NCBI GenBank assembly: GCA_002353285.1
Contig: DEJJ01000011.1
Coordinates: forward strand, 2,240-66,239
Reading direction: 5' to 3'
Length of the DNA: 64,000 bases
DNA from: Porphyromonadaceae bacterium UBA2751
Lineage (GTDB): Bacteria; Bacteroidota; Bacteroidia; Bacteroidales; Muribaculaceae
The notes under the pieces were generated by a model. That model ran no database searches. It was not told the DNA's origin and saw only the letters and a list, made by a program, of their open reading frames with translations. The first letter of the stretch is position 1, and each line of letters opens with the position of its first letter. Shown here in pieces: positions 37,356 to 46,899 of the stretch. Position numbers and translations under genes: made by a program.

Positions 37356-38455
37356 AAGAGAAGATTGCATTTCCTGAGCTGGTAGCGCTTGTGGCCCAGA
37401 AGGCCAGCACCACCGAGCGCATGAGCGAGCTGTTTCTGCAAGAACTCTTTGCAACCGTCACTCAAGAGCTCAACGATGGGCACAGCGTTAAGATTAAAGG
37501 TATAGGCACCTTTAAAACCAAAAAAATCGATGGTGAGACAACGGTGATGCTGGTTCCCGACAAGGAACTGGCCCAAGCGGTGAACGCTCCATTTGAGCAG
37601 TTTAGGCCTGTTGTGCTAAGCGAAGCTGTCACGCAAGAGCAACTCGACGAGATTGACGCAAGCATGAAGCCTAAGCAAGAAGCGGTGGAGCCTCAACCTG
37701 AAGTTGAGTTAGAACAAAAGACGACTGAACAAGTTATCAAACCCGAAACGCCTCAACCACAAGCCACCGAGCCTGCACAAGAGGAAGAAAAGTACATGGA
37801 ACCACCCATCGCTCCAGCCACCTCCCTTGCACAGCCACAACAAGCGCAGCCTTCACAGCCAAAGAAGCAACGCAAACCATTGTGGATAGCCATTGCTGCA
37901 GCAGCACTACTTGCTGTGGTGATTGGTGCCGTGGTGCGCAATAGCGACACCAGCCACCACAGCACCACCACACCAGTTGCTACCCACACGATTGCCGCAG
38001 CAACACAGCCAGTGGTGGTGACCGACACACTGGGCAGCCACAACCTGCTCTACGACATGGCCGAGCGACACTACGGCGACCGCGTGTTTTGGGCTTACAT
38101 TGCCATTGAAAACCAGGACAAATATCCCAACTTCAAGAAGATACCCGCTGGCGCCGTGCTCGTGATACCACCAGCCGAGAAATATGGCATCAACAGCGAC
38201 AGCAAGCAGAGCACCAAGCGGGCGGCAATTGAGTCGACCAAGCTCTACAAGCTCAGTCGCGAAATGGACAAAAAAGAGAAAGGCGACACCGCCACTACCA
38301 ATTCCAAAAGCGACAAGAGAACCATCAGCAAGAAGCAGATAGCAACCGACCACGACACAGCCACCAATGCCAAGGCACAAAAGCCATCGTCAAGTTACCG
38401 CCACAAGAAATCCTATCGCAACAAGCACCACCGCCATCGCCGTCACCGCAGGTGA
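37352..38455 (+). CDS. HU-domain protein with TM helix, LysM-like C-terminal domain and basic tail
   Basis: VKIKGIGTFK..PDKELAQAVNAPF; P/Q/E-rich linker; TM LWIAIAAAALLAVVIGAVV; LYDMAERHYG..FWAYI..IPAGAVLVIP. Confidence 0.8.
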   Translation: MKEKIAFPELVALVAQKASTTERMSELFLQELFATVTQELNDGHSVKIKGIGTFKTKKIDGETTVMLVPDKELAQAVNAPFEQFRPVVLSEAVTQEQLDEIDASMKPKQEAVEPQPEVELEQKTTEQVIKPETPQPQATEPAQEEEKYMEPPIAPATSLAQPQQAQPSQPKKQRKPLWIAIAAAALLAVVIGAVVRNSDTSHHSTTTPVATHTIAAATQPVVVTDTLGSHNLLYDMAERHYGDRVFWAYIAIENQDKYPNFKKIPAGAVLVIPPAEKYGINSDSKQSTKRAAIESTKLYKLSREMDKKEKGDTATTNSKSDKRTISKKQIATDHDTATNAKAQKPSSSYRHKKSYRNKHHRHRRHRR

Positions 38456-39484
38456 TTATTCGTTGAAGGCATTCCAGCCTTGAGCTCTGATTTCAAGCTC
38501 CGCATCGTCGCGGGTTACCATGTAGGCCCCCAGTTCGGGTTTGGTGATTCGTCCTATTAGTTTCACACCTTTCATCTGAGCCACCTTCTCGTGGTCGGTT
38601 AGCGGCACGGTGAAGAGCAGTTCGTAATCCTCGCCACCATTCATTGCTGCGGTGACCAGATTCATGTTCAGTTCCTCGGCCATGACTGCAGTCTGGTAGT
38701 CGATGGGGATTCGGTCCTCATAGACTCGGCACCCCACCCCACTCTGCTTGCAGATGTGAAGTAACTCGCTTGATAGGCCGTCGCTAATGTCCATCATTGC
38801 AGTTGGCTTGATGCCGTGCTTCTTGAGCTCGTCGATAATGTCGGCTCGCGGCTCGGGCTTGAGTTGCCGCTCGAGCAAATATTCACGTCCTGCAAAGTCG
38901 GGCTGGAAATCCTTCTCACCTGCGCTTGCCACCCGTTCGCGTTCCAAAAGTTGCAGCCCCATGTAGGCCGCACCCAGGTCGCCACTGACGCAAATGAGGT
39001 CGGTGTCGCGTGCACCATTGCGATACACAATTTCATCCTCGGCGGCTTCACCCAGACACGTGATGCTGATGAGCAATCCAGTGACCGATGCCGAGGTGTC
39101 ACCACCCACAAGATCCACACTATAGCGCTCACATGCTGCATGGATGCCTGAGTAAAGCTCGGTGATGTGCTCAATGGTGAAGCGCTTTGAGATTCCGAGC
39201 GACACAGTGATTTGCCGTGGAGTGCCATTCATGGCATAAACGTCGCTCAAGTTCACTGCCACAGCCTTGTAGCCCAAATGCTTGAGAGGCGTGTAAGTCA
39301 GGTCGAAATGAATGCCCTCAAGCAGCAAGTCGGTAGTAACAAGCGTCTTCTTGCCCCCATTATCTATAACAGCACAATCGTCGCCCACACCCTTGAGAGT
39401 AGACGGGTTCTTAACCCTAAAATCACGCGTGAGGCTCTCGATAAGCCCAAATTCACCCAAAGTAGAAATCTCAGTCTCGCTCAT
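38456..39484 (-). CDS. thiL: Thiamine-monophosphate kinase
   Basis: LGEFGLI, GVGDDCA, NLSDVYAM, MDISDGL, GGEDYEL. Confidence 0.96.
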   Translation of the reverse strand: MSETEISTLGEFGLIESLTRDFRVKNPSTLKGVGDDCAVIDNGGKKTLVTTDLLLEGIHFDLTYTPLKHLGYKAVAVNLSDVYAMNGTPRQITVSLGISKRFTIEHITELYSGIHAACERYSVDLVGGDTSASVTGLLISITCLGEAAEDEIVYRNGARDTDLICVSGDLGAAYMGLQLLERERVASAGEKDFQPDFAGREYLLERQLKPEPRADIIDELKKHGIKPTAMMDISDGLSSELLHICKQSGVGCRVYEDRIPIDYQTAVMAEELNMNLVTAAMNGGEDYELLFTVPLTDHEKVAQMKGVKLIGRITKPELGAYMVTRDDAELEIRAQGWNAFNE

Positions 39485-39566
39485 TATAATATAGAAAAAA
39501 AGATGCCCTCAAAAGAAGACCACCCCATTGAGGCTGCCTACCCTTGAGGACATTAATCGTTAAAAT

Positions 39567-40409
39567 TTACACCTCGTTGAGGCGGTTGATTACCTCTTGC
39601 ACCATGAGAGTCATGATGGGCTCGGCCTTTGTGGCAGCCTGTTGCACTTCCTCGTGAGAGACATCGACGAAGATACCCTCGCCGCCCAGGTCGGTGATGA
39701 CACTGAGGCCAAAGACCTCGATGCCGGCATGGCGTGCCACAATGACCTCGGGCACAGTGCTCATGCCCACTGCGTCACCGCCAATGCGGTAGAAGAAACG
39801 ATACTCCGATGGAGTCTCGAAAGTTGGGCCTTGAGTGCCAACATACACACCCTCCATGAGCCTAATATTGTTCTCCTTGGCAATATTGCGTGCCATGTCG
39901 ATAATGCGGTGGCTATAAGCCTCATTCATTGCTGGGAAACGTGGGCCAAGCTCATTATAGTTCTTGCCCCTCAATGGATGATCGGGGAAGAGATTGATAT
40001 GATCGGTAATAAGCATCACGTCGCCCACACGAAAGTCGGGGTTCATGCCACCAGCTGCATTGCTCACACACAGCACCTTCACGCCAATAGCCTTCATCAC
40101 GCGAATGGGGAAAGTGGCCTCCTTCATCGAGTAGCCTTCATAATAATGGAATCGGCCTTGCATTGCCATCACATATTTCTTGCCCAGCATGCCAAAAATG
40201 AGTTGGCCCTTGTGTCCCTCGACGGTGCTAACGGGGAAATTGGGAATCTCACTATAAGGGATTGCACACTTGATGTCAATCTTATTGGCCAGGTTTCCTA
40301 AACCCGAGCCTAAAACGATAGCCACCTTGGGCATCTCGCCGCCCACCTTCTCCTTGAGAAAGGTTGCAGTTTCTTGGATTTTTTCCAGCCAGTTAACTTC
40401 TTTTTCCAT
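39567..40409 (-). CDS. punA: Purine nucleoside phosphorylase
   Basis: [30 protein letters not shown]. Confidence 0.95.
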   Translation of the reverse strand: MEKEVNWLEKIQETATFLKEKVGGEMPKVAIVLGSGLGNLANKIDIKCAIPYSEIPNFPVSTVEGHKGQLIFGMLGKKYVMAMQGRFHYYEGYSMKEATFPIRVMKAIGVKVLCVSNAAGGMNPDFRVGDVMLITDHINLFPDHPLRGKNYNELGPRFPAMNEAYSHRIIDMARNIAKENNIRLMEGVYVGTQGPTFETPSEYRFFYRIGGDAVGMSTVPEVIVARHAGIEVFGLSVITDLGGEGIFVDVSHEEVQQAATKAEPIMTLMVQEVINRLNEV

Positions 40410-40447
40410 AATATGTTGATTTTTTTAGTTATTTGGTTCTTAGTTTG

Positions 40448-41569
40448 TTAGATATCGTCGATTCCTTCGATTTTCTTTTGCAGCTCATGAACGAAATCCC
40501 TGTCCTCATAATTCAAGAAGTCGACTTGAATAGGAATAAAATAAATATTATTCTGCCTTGTGGGAGGGAAATATGGACTGTTGAGGATGCGCACGGCATC
40601 CTTCTCGGTTGTGACAATATACTTGCGCGCTCCCTTGAGCTCATCAAAGAGCCTGAAGATGTAGCGGAAGTCGTCGCGAGTGTAGTTGTGATGGTCATTA
40701 TAATGAATAACCTTGAGTCGAGTGCCAAACTGCTTAAGATACTTGGAAAAGGGCCTGGGATTGGCAATGCCCGCAATGCCAAGAATCAAATCATCCTCGT
40801 CGAGCCAGTTGAGCGAAGTGAGGTCGGGATTGCCAATGGGGAACACAGGCTCGGGCGCTCCGAATCGAACCTTAGAGAAATAAAGCTGCTGATACTTGAA
40901 CAGGTCCATGTGCTCCTTAATCATGCGCAAGTCGACGGGTTTCACATCGTCGGGGCACTTAGAGACGACCACCATGTCGCACTTGAGAATGCGGTCGGCT
41001 GGTTCACGCAAAGTGCCTAACGGCAACAGTTTGTCGTTAAAAGGCAGGCGATTGTAATCGATCATTACCACACTCACTTTAGGCTTGACATACCTGTGCT
41101 GCATTGCATCGTCAAGGATGATGAGGTTGATGTCGGGATTGATGCGCAAGAGGCTCCTGATTCCCTTGCGCCTGTCCTCACACACCGCCACAGTGATCAT
41201 CGAGCGGAACTTGCGGTAAATCTGGTAAGGCTCATCACCCAAGTCAACAGGCGAGATATTGTCGGTAGCCATCACAAAGCCCTTAGTGCGGCGCTTGTAG
41301 CCACGGCTAAGCACAGCAATATTATACTTGCGGCAGAGCCTTGAGACGATGAACTCGACATGAGGTGTCTTGCCTGTGCCTCCTACTGTGACATTACCCA
41401 CAGTGACGACAGGTACGTCAAATTCCTCCTGCTTGAGCATGCCAAAATCAAAAGCCTTTTGCCGCATCCATACCGCCGCTCCATATAACCACGACATGGG
41501 CGTGAGCAGGATGCGCTCGGTGACAGCAGCCGTCTTGCGGCTAACTCTAATTATGTTGTCAAAATCCAT
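40448..41569 (-). CDS. lpxK: Tetraacyldisaccharide 4'-kinase
   Basis: VGNVTVGGTGKTP, LSRGYKR, GDEP, LDDAMQH, TTEKDAVR. Confidence 0.96.
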   Translation of the reverse strand: MDFDNIIRVSRKTAAVTERILLTPMSWLYGAAVWMRQKAFDFGMLKQEEFDVPVVTVGNVTVGGTGKTPHVEFIVSRLCRKYNIAVLSRGYKRRTKGFVMATDNISPVDLGDEPYQIYRKFRSMITVAVCEDRRKGIRSLLRINPDINLIILDDAMQHRYVKPKVSVVMIDYNRLPFNDKLLPLGTLREPADRILKCDMVVVSKCPDDVKPVDLRMIKEHMDLFKYQQLYFSKVRFGAPEPVFPIGNPDLTSLNWLDEDDLILGIAGIANPRPFSKYLKQFGTRLKVIHYNDHHNYTRDDFRYIFRLFDELKGARKYIVTTEKDAVRILNSPYFPPTRQNNIYFIPIQVDFLNYEDRDFVHELQKKIEGIDDI

Positions 41570-41627
41570 CGATGATGAATAATGTATTTACCAATTAACT
41601 AATCAATTAATTTATTCCCCTAAAAGA

Positions 41628-43439
41628 TTAAAAAATTATCTCGATAGGTTCCATGAGACATAGCATGCGGTCACGGTTCATGATAGCCTGCAGCTGCTCA
41701 TAGCTGGTGTAGAAGAGTCCCATGCGCTGCTGCAAGTCGTGCTCCATTTTCATGTATCCCATGGAACTGAGCATACTCATGAACGACATTTCCTGATTAG
41801 GATAGTCGCACACCGAGTAGTTGCCATCTTTAATCTTAGCTTTCTTAGCCACCCACTTGATAGCGTCCTCAAGTCCACCCAGCTCGTCGACGAGGCCAAT
41901 GTTCTTAGCTGTAATAGCATCCCACACTCGGCCTTCACCAATCACCTTGATTGAGTCTTGCGAGATTTTGCGTCCCTGAGCACAGCGTCCTGTGAAGGTC
42001 TCGTAGCCACGGTTGACCATGCCTTGCAGAGCATTACGTTGCTGGTCGGTGAGAGGCTTGTAGAAAGCACCAGCTATAGCGTTGGGATTAGTGTTCACTT
42101 CCTCGAACTTAACCCCCAGCGTGTTGTTAAAGAAATTGCTTGCATTAGGAATCATTCCAAAGATTCCAATACTGCCCGTGATGGTGAGAGGCTCGGCAAA
42201 GATGCGTTGAGCGCCCGATGAGATGTAGTAGCCACCCGAAGCAGCATAGTCGCTCATTGAGACGGCAAAGGGTTTGCCACTGGCCTTGAAATCCTCGAGC
42301 GCTTTCCAAATCTCCTCGCTACCAAAAGCGCTACCACCTGGAGAGTTGACACGCAGCACGAGAGCCTTCACGTCGTCGTTATATCGTAACTCACGAATCA
42401 GAGCAGCCATTTCCTCGCTGTAGATGCCATCACTGTTAACACCAGGCATTGTGCCTCCACCGGTCTTGCCGCTGAATATTTCACCGTCGGCATAGAGCAC
42501 AGCCACGATGTCGCTACCAGTGCCCAACGGATCGTCGGCCGAGGCTACAATATCATCGGGCGTGACAAGCTTGAGCTCGTCCTTGAGCTCCACATTTGTG
42601 AGTTTGCGTAATTTATCCTCAAATTCAGAGCGATAGCACACACGGTCGACGAGTTTATTGGCCTTGAGATCCTGAGTGTTCATGGTTGCCATGACACTAT
42701 CGGTGAGAGCCTTAAACCTGGTGGAGTCGATGCCACGCGCCTTGGCCATGTCGGCCGAGATCACGCCCCACAAGCTGCCGAGGTAGTGCTCTTGCTGCTC
42801 TCGGTTGGCATCACTCATCTGCTCAAGCATGTAAGGCTCGACAGCACTCTTGAAAGTGCCCACTCTGACCACTTGCATCTCGACTCCCACCTTGTCGAGC
42901 AATTTCTTCATGTAGGGAGTTGAAGAGGCAAGTCCATGCACGTCGACCATACCCTCTGGATTGATGAAGATAGAGTCGGCAACCGAAGCTAAATAGTAAT
43001 CGCTCTGCATAATTCCCTCGTCGCCATAGGCATAAACGAATTTTTTGCTTGCTTTGAAGTCCTTGATAGCCTCTCGCAGCTCATAAAGCGAAGACATTCC
43101 ACTAGCCATGCCTCGGCAGTCGAGATAAATGCCCTTGATTTTATCATCGTTCTTGGCAATCTTTAGACTCTTGATCAGTGTAGAAAGGCTCTGCCCACTA
43201 AGTTGATTAGGCATGAGCGACATCATCGACATGTTACCAGCATTGTCTCTCTCATTGAGGACTCCCTCAAGGTTGATATACATGATGGAGTTCTTCTCGA
43301 TTTTTGCTCCCCCCATCGAGCTGGCCATCGAGCCAAAGATGGCAAAACTGATTATTACCGACGCCAATGTAAAGAAAATCGACGCTAAAATAACGCCCAC
43401 AAAAGAGCCACAAACTACAAGGAAAAATTTCTTCAACAT
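41628..43439 (-). CDS. sppA: Signal peptide peptidase SppA (likely start MLKKFF at 43439)
   Basis: VGTFKSAVEP, LRVNSPGGS, AASGGYYIS, TGSIGIFG. Confidence 0.95.
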   Translation of the reverse strand: MLKKFFLVVCGSFVGVILASIFFTLASVIISFAIFGSMASSMGGAKIEKNSIMYINLEGVLNERDNAGNMSMMSLMPNQLSGQSLSTLIKSLKIAKNDDKIKGIYLDCRGMASGMSSLYELREAIKDFKASKKFVYAYGDEGIMQSDYYLASVADSIFINPEGMVDVHGLASSTPYMKKLLDKVGVEMQVVRVGTFKSAVEPYMLEQMSDANREQQEHYLGSLWGVISADMAKARGIDSTRFKALTDSVMATMNTQDLKANKLVDRVCYRSEFEDKLRKLTNVELKDELKLVTPDDIVASADDPLGTGSDIVAVLYADGEIFSGKTGGGTMPGVNSDGIYSEEMAALIRELRYNDDVKALVLRVNSPGGSAFGSEEIWKALEDFKASGKPFAVSMSDYAASGGYYISSGAQRIFAEPLTITGSIGIFGMIPNASNFFNNTLGVKFEEVNTNPNAIAGAFYKPLTDQQRNALQGMVNRGYETFTGRCAQGRKISQDSIKVIGEGRVWDAITAKNIGLVDELGGLEDAIKWVAKKAKIKDGNYSVCDYPNQEMSFMSMLSSMGYMKMEHDLQQRMGLFYTSYEQLQAIMNRDRMLCLMEPIEIIF

Positions 43440-43689
43440 ATCTCTTAATGTGTTTATTTTCAAATTAATAAATAGCAATATTGAGCAGCATCGTCGTGCT
43501 GTCAAGTCGCAATATTGCATGTGGAAGCCACTGCCGCCTCGCCATGCAATCTACAAAGATAGCAATTAATTGCCAACTTAAACGATAAAATGTAATTTTT
43601 TTTGTTTTTTTTATTTCCTTATAAGGTGAAAAGTGTGAAATGCAGATGAGGCGTGACGCAATTATAGGAATTGTTGGAATCGGTGGGGG

Positions 43690-43757
43690 CCACTCCTTGG
43701 AGTGGAAATTATGGCACTTCGTACTAAAATTATAATGGTGCTTCGCACTAAAATTAT
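43690..43757. repeat. Three mini-hairpins each followed by AAATTAT
   Basis: CCACTCC-TT-GGAGTGG, GGCAC-TTC-GTACT, GGTGC-TTC-GCACT. Confidence 0.7.
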
Positions 43758-43770
43758 TGTTTCAGCTGAT

Positions 43771-43878
43771 CGGGTGACTTGGGTGACTTAGGTGACTCGC
43801 ATGACTCAACTGACTCGCATGACTCAACTGACTCAACTGACTCAACTGACTCAAGTGACTCAAGTGCTCGGGTGACAG
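43771..43878. repeat. 9-mer tandem repeat (TGACTCAAC-like), about 11 units
   Basis: GGTGACTT, TGACTCGCA, TGACTCAAC and TGACTCAAG units. Confidence 0.9.
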
Positions 43879-43970
43879 TCTTTACTGTTAATAATGTCAA
43901 TGAACGCCCAGCGCGGGAGTGCGCACACATGTGCAAATGTAGCGCTTGGGCCTGGAGAAAAGCAATATCA

Positions 43971-44011
43971 AAAAATCACCGCAGGATTGTTGGGTTCCTG
44001 CGGTGGTGATT
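43971..44011 (-). terminator. Terminator after fmt
   Basis: CACCGCAGGA/TCCTGCGGTG stem plus T-run on the minus strand. Confidence 0.7.
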
Positions 44012-44013
44012 AG

Positions 44014-44985
44014 CTAAACAAAACGACAACCAGCGAGGTCGAATCCTCGCATGAAGTCGGGGGCAGGCATCCGCCGCTTGCCTGCGAGCTGGAGGGATAG
44101 AATTTCGAGCTGACCGTCAGCACAGTTGACCAAGAGCTGCTTGCCATTAGCAATTATTGTGCCTGGCTCAATCTCCACAGCTTGAGTTGAGATAGGCTCG
44201 CTGGTTGCGAAGATCTTGACGTGGTGGGTGTTGCCTTGGGCGTCGACAAGCTCGGTCCACGCCGCTGGATAAGGCGAAAGTCCACGGATGTGGTTATAGA
44301 GTTGCTCGGCAGGACGTTCCCAGCTGATGCGGCAAGTCTCGGTGAAGATTTTGGGTGCTGGAGTGGGTTGCTCGCCAGCAGTGAGCATCTGGTCCTGTGG
44401 AATGGGCTGAACAGTGCCATCGATGATGGCATCGACAGTGTTGAGCACCATGTCGGCGCCGAGAAGCATTAGTCTGTCGTGGATGGTCTCGACATTGTCG
44501 GTACGGCCAATGGGAATCGCCTGCTGCTGAATGACATCGCCAGTGTCGATTTCATGCTTGAGGAAGAATGTGGTGACGCCAGTGACAGAGTCACCGTTCA
44601 TCACCGCCCAGTTGATGGGTGCAGCACCACGGTACTTGGGCAACAGCGAAGCATGCAAGTTGAATGTGCCCAGCGGCGGCATAGCCCACACCACCTCGGG
44701 CAGCATGCGGAATGCGATGACAATGTTAAGCTGAGCATTGAGGCTGCGCAGTTCACTGATAAACGCCTCATCCTTGAGACGTTCAGGTTGCATGAGATGC
44801 AACCCTTGCTCTACAGCATATTGCTTGACTGCCGATTGAATCATGCGATGGCCACGGCCAGCAATCTTATCGGGCATGGTGACCACGCCCACAATGTTGT
44901 AGCCCCCCTCAACAAGTCGCCGAAGGCTCTCGACGGCAAAATCGGGGGTGCCAAAAAACACTATTCTTAGGTCTTCCTTAGTCAT
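44014..44985 (-). CDS. fmt: Methionyl-tRNA formyltransferase
   Basis: FFGTPDFAV, NLHASLLPKYRGAAPINWA, RGLSPYP. Confidence 0.97.
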   Translation of the reverse strand: MTKEDLRIVFFGTPDFAVESLRRLVEGGYNIVGVVTMPDKIAGRGHRMIQSAVKQYAVEQGLHLMQPERLKDEAFISELRSLNAQLNIVIAFRMLPEVVWAMPPLGTFNLHASLLPKYRGAAPINWAVMNGDSVTGVTTFFLKHEIDTGDVIQQQAIPIGRTDNVETIHDRLMLLGADMVLNTVDAIIDGTVQPIPQDQMLTAGEQPTPAPKIFTETCRISWERPAEQLYNHIRGLSPYPAAWTELVDAQGNTHHVKIFATSEPISTQAVEIEPGTIIANGKQLLVNCADGQLEILSLQLAGKRRMPAPDFMRGFDLAGCRFV

Positions 44986-45060
44986 AAGTTGTCTTTTTTC
45001 TAGATTTTCTAGTAGTTCTAGATATTCTAGTAAATATTATAGATTGAAATTAGTCGTTGA

Positions 45061-46899
45061 TTAGTCGTAGCTGTAGTGCTTGAGCACTTCGCGGTAAGAG
45101 TTGAAAATCTTAGACTTAGAGACGAAACCCACGTACTTGCCATTCTCAACCACCGGCAGGTTCCATGCTTTGGTTTCCTCGAAAAGCTTCATCACCTTCT
45201 CCATGGGAGTACCCACCTCGATTAGAGCTGGTGGCACCGACATGAATCGCTCCACATAGATGCGCCGATAGAGGTCGGGGCGGAACATGATGTTGCGAAT
45301 GTCGTCGAGCAGCACCACCCCGAGCAAGCGTCCATCGTCGTCGGTAACAGGAAAGAGGTTGCGCGAGCTCTGAGCAATAACATCGACCATCTCCTTGAGG
45401 CTCATCGTGGGATGCACCTGGGTGAAATCGGTTTCAATCACATTGTCAATCTTGAGCAGTGTGAGCACCGACTTGTCCTTGTGGTGAGTGAGCAATTCGC
45501 CTCGCTTGGCCAAACGTCGCGCATAGATGCCGTAAGGCAAAATGATGCGTGATGTGAGATAGGAGACCACCGAAACGATGAGCAGAGGCAAGAAGAGCTG
45601 ATAGCCACCCGTCATCTCGGCCGTGAGGAAGATAGCCATCAATGGAGCATGCATCACTCCCGCCATCACTCCCGCCATGCCCAGGAGGGCAAAATTCTTG
45701 TGTGAGAGCGGCAGGCTCTGGTCCACAGCCCCCAGCGAGTTGAGCAAGAAAGCAAAGAAGAACCCCGCCATGCATCCCACATAGAGCGATGGTGCAAATG
45801 TTCCACCCACACCGCCTCCGCCATTGGTTGCGCTAGTGGCAAACACCTTAGTCAGGCACAGACATCCCACCAGAGCCACAGCCCACCACACACTGTTGCG
45901 GTGGTCGTAGAACAGGCTGTTGTCGAAAAGCGGAGTGACATCGCCATTGAGCAGGCTGTTGATGGCTCCATAACCCTCGCCATAAAGTGCCGGGAACAAG
46001 AAAATGAGCAAGCTCAAAATCACTGCACCAATGGCAAATCGAATCCAGCGGCTTGTGATGCGTGCAAACATATTCTCCATCATCTCGATTGCCTTGTTGA
46101 AATAGAGAGAGACAAAGCCACAGAACAGCCCCAGCAAGATGACAAAGGGGATGCGTGAAGTGAAGAACGGCTCGCTCTGCGAGAAGAAGAACTCCACATT
46201 ATAGCCAGTGAACACATAGGCCACCGTGGCACCAGTCACCGATGAGATGATGAGCGGCACTACCGAGCGCGAGTTAAGATCGATTAGCAACACCTCGATG
46301 GTGAACAACACTCCCGCAATGGGTGCCTTGAAGATGCCAGCGATACCCGCTGCAGCCCCACAGCCAACGAGGAGCATGAGAGTTTGCGGAGTGAGGCGGA
46401 AGAACTGCCCCAGATTAGATCCAATAGCTGCGCCAGTGAAAACGATAGGGCCCTCGGCTCCAACCGAGCCACCAAACCCAATAGTGACCGACGAGGCCAC
46501 CAGCGAGGCGTACATGTTGTGCGGCTTAAGGCGGCTCTTGCGCTGTGCGATGGCGTAGAGCACACGTGTCACACCATGATAGATGTCATCCTTGATGACA
46601 TAACGCACATAAAGCCCAGCCAGCAGAACGCCCACAACAGGAAAGACGAGATACTCATAGTTGCCGCCAGCAATGTGAACATGCTTTGTGAGGAGCCCTG
46701 CAATCAGTCCAATGAGGAACTTGAGCAGGACCGCAGCAAGCCCTGAGACAGCCCCCACAACCAACGCCAGTATCACAACAAAAGTTTTCTCCTTGATGTG
46801 ATTCTCACGCCAGTGACGCACGCTGTTGAGCCATCGCATGAAGCGTGACTCGGTGGGCTGATTGGTTGTCTTATTTACCCTGCTGTAGCTGTTCATCAC
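45061..46899 (-). CDS. ClC chloride channel family protein with CBS domains
   Basis: GGSVGAEGP, GIFKAP, GGTFAP; C-terminal CBS pair. Confidence 0.93.
   Translation of the reverse strand: MMNSYSRVNKTTNQPTESRFMRWLNSVRHWRENHIKEKTFVVILALVVGAVSGLAAVLLKFLIGLIAGLLTKHVHIAGGNYEYLVFPVVGVLLAGLYVRYVIKDDIYHGVTRVLYAIAQRKSRLKPHNMYASLVASSVTIGFGGSVGAEGPIVFTGAAIGSNLGQFFRLTPQTLMLLVGCGAAAGIAGIFKAPIAGVLFTIEVLLIDLNSRSVVPLIISSVTGATVAYVFTGYNVEFFFSQSEPFFTSRIPFVILLGLFCGFVSLYFNKAIEMMENMFARITSRWIRFAIGAVILSLLIFLFPALYGEGYGAINSLLNGDVTPLFDNSLFYDHRNSVWWAVALVGCLCLTKVFATSATNGGGGVGGTFAPSLYVGCMAGFFFAFLLNSLGAVDQSLPLSHKNFALLGMAGVMAGVMHAPLMAIFLTAEMTGGYQLFLPLLIVSVVSYLTSRIILPYGIYARRLAKRGELLTHHKDKSVLTLLKIDNVIETDFTQVHPTMSLKEMVDVIAQSSRNLFPVTDDDGRLLGVVLLDDIRNIMFRPDLYRRIYVERFMSVPPALIEVGTPMEKVMKLFEETKAWNLPVVENGKYVGFVSKSKIFNSYREVLKHYSYD

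Noticed and set aside
43754-44009. ESV/DST repeat microproteins
   Set aside because: They arise automatically from the 9-mer repeat and have no credible start context.
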